64,000 nucleotides of DNA from Isurus oxyrinchus (lineage: Eukaryota). Below, one piece after another: positions 61,990-64,000 of the stretch (positions are counted from its first letter, which is position 1; each line of letters begins with the position of its first letter). The notes under the pieces were generated by a model, which ran no database searches, had not been told where the DNA came from, and was given only the letters and a program-made list of their open reading frames with translations. The DNA is taken from the NCBI GenBank assembly GCA_026770705.1, contig JANJGN010000019.1, positions 37,076,001 to 37,140,000 of the forward strand. Reading direction: 5' to 3'. Made by a program: the position numbers and the translations under genes.

Positions 61990-62745
61990 AAGTCCATCCC
62001 TATCCCTGGCATCTGTCATAGTCTAAACCAGACTGCTTGCAACACTGGTGTCATATTTAACTCTGAGATAAGCAATCACATATCCAATTCAATCCATCAC
62101 TAAGACCACCCATGTCCACCTCTATAGTGTAACCTGACTCCTCCCCTGCCTCAGCTCATCTGCTATTGAAACATTCATCTATGTCTTTGTTACCTCTAGA
62201 CTTGGCTAATTCAAAGTGCTCCCAATTGGTCTCCCAAATTCCACTCTCTGTAAATTTGAGGTCTTCCAAAAATCTGCTGCCCCGGTCCCTACACTCACCA
62301 ACTCTCATTTACTAATCACCCCTCTACTTAATGACCTACATTGGCTCCCAGTTAAGTAACACTTTGATTTTAAAATTCTCATCCTTGTTTTTAAATCCCT
62401 CCATGGCCTCCTCTATAATCTCCTCCAGCCCCACAACCTTCTGTGATATCTATACTCTTGGCTTCTTGAGTAACCCTGATTTTAATTACCCCATCACTGA
62501 TGGTTTTGCCTTCAGTTGCCCAGACCACAAGCTCTAGAATTTAGGCTCTCCTGCCTTCTATCTCACTTTAGACTTTTATGATGTTCCTTAAAACCTACCT
62601 CTTTGACCAAGGTTTTGGCCATCTGCTCTAATATCGCATTATGTGGCTCGGTGTCCAGTTTTGTTTTATAAAGCTCCTGTGAAATGCCCTGGACTGTTTT
62701 ATGCAGAGAAGCCACCATATAAATACAAGATGCTGCTGCTGCAGT
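61990..62745 (+). mobile_element. L2 LINE 3' part
   Basis: ETFIYVFVTSRL, QKSAA and DLHWLPV..DFKILILVFKSLHG. Tail ATATAAATACAAGA(TGC)n. Confidence 0.85.
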
Positions 62746-63365
62746 TGATGCTGGGACATTAAATCAGTGTGAAGCTATGCAGATTAATAAGACATAGTTT
62801 ACAATTGCAAGCGATAAATTTTATTTTATTGTGACTCCCAAACAATTGCAAAGTGGTTCCATGTGGCTTGACAATGATTTGGAATAAAAGGCAAAGCAAA
62901 AAGTACATTAGTCCCTTTGAACTGCATGTTCCATTCAAGTACTTATGCACTTTGTCACTTTATTATTACTTACAGTAAAATTGTAGATCAGTGGAAAATA
63001 TGAGTTCCATCCATGCATTTAAAACATATCCAATCTCAAGGGTACAACTGAATGGAAGTGTCCTCTATAATATAGTGCCAAAAAGCATGGTGCATGAAAT
63101 GTAGTTTGTGTTTCACAGCTCTGTGAAAAATGACTGACCTGTTCCAGGAGTTGGTGAATGTGTACATTGGAGCCAATAAAAAGTTTGATCAAATGGACAG
63201 CAAAATGTTCTGCTGCAAACAATTTTAACACAACCTTTTTGTTGAAAAAAGCAGGATTTTCTGGGTAAATCAGGTTTATCACAAGTTTTGCTCTCCAATC
63301 AGAACAAAATCCATCAGAAGCTTGAGCACTGCACTATACCATTAGAAAGTGATGCAGATTTCATA

Positions 63366-64000
63366 GGGAGGAATTCTATGCCCTCACTCGTGGCGTGTTT
63401 GGAGGCAGAGCGGGCATTTAATCAGGCAGGAACACCTCGCTACACTACTCTGCCAAAATTAAGTCCATGGTGCGAAGGCCTGTGGTTGGACTTGCCACCC
63501 TGCTGACAATTGAGGCCCTTAAGTGGGCAATTAATGACCACTAAAAGGCCTCATCCCATGAGCGCTGATAAAACGCAATGGCAGGCAGGCCTGTCACCAC
63601 TCAGGGAGCACAACAAGCAAATCTTGTTTTAAAATCAAAGGCAGTCAGTGCCTGACCAAGGAACCTAGCATCAGAAAGGGGGGTTCAGGAAGGGGGGGCC
63701 CTTGCTGCTGACCAAACCCCCTCCCCTGAAACTCCCACTCAGCAAAACCCCTTGCCTGGGCATCCAGCGTCTGTCATTCCTGCAGCAGCTTCCTTGATGA
63801 CGATGGTGAGCAAAAGAGCTGCCAGCCTCTGATTGGCTGGCAGCTCTCAGTGGGAGGGATTTCTGACTCCGGGGTCCTTGACCCTGAGAAAGGCCCATCA
63901 GTGACCACATGGCAAGCTTGCCCAGAGGAGGTAATGTGGGTCTCTCACTGGCTCTCCAGCCAGCAGGCAAGACCCTTAACGCTTCCAGAAAATCCACCCC
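63366..64000. mobile_element. Harbinger-type MITE
   Basis: Starts GGGAGGAATTCT and ends CAGAAAATCCACCCC at the window edge. Internal CAATTGAGGCCCTTAAGTGGGCAATTAA. Confidence 0.7.

Overview
Eukaryotic, repeat-dominated DNA with no recognisable host exon. The repeat repertoire points to a cartilaginous fish (shark-like) genome; this taxon call is inference. The window is probably intergenic or deep intronic. It contains many CR1 and L2 LINE fragments, a second CR1/L2-group LINE family, one RTE, tRNA-headed SINEs and five decayed Gypsy-type LTR elements. A young Penelope-like element (RT + GIY-YIG) has a perfect 15-bp TSD and a hammerhead-like motif. PIF/Harbinger DNA transposons are dense: one near-complete copy (Myb/SANT gene + convergent DDE transposase, 52889-57444), one transposase-only derivative, a Myb fragment and many MITEs. 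The best novelty candidate is a pair of Harbinger-ended elements (15250-20846, 31532-34376). They keep the spliced Myb gene but carry an unrelated, apparently protein-like minus-strand region with Gly-X-Y-like GEEGVR repeats where the transposase should be. Also notable are a direct-plus-inverted duplication that looks like a template switch (39.3-43.8 kb), a twin-priming-like inversion in the RTE and several nested insertions. All coordinates were read by eye and degenerate boundaries are approximate.
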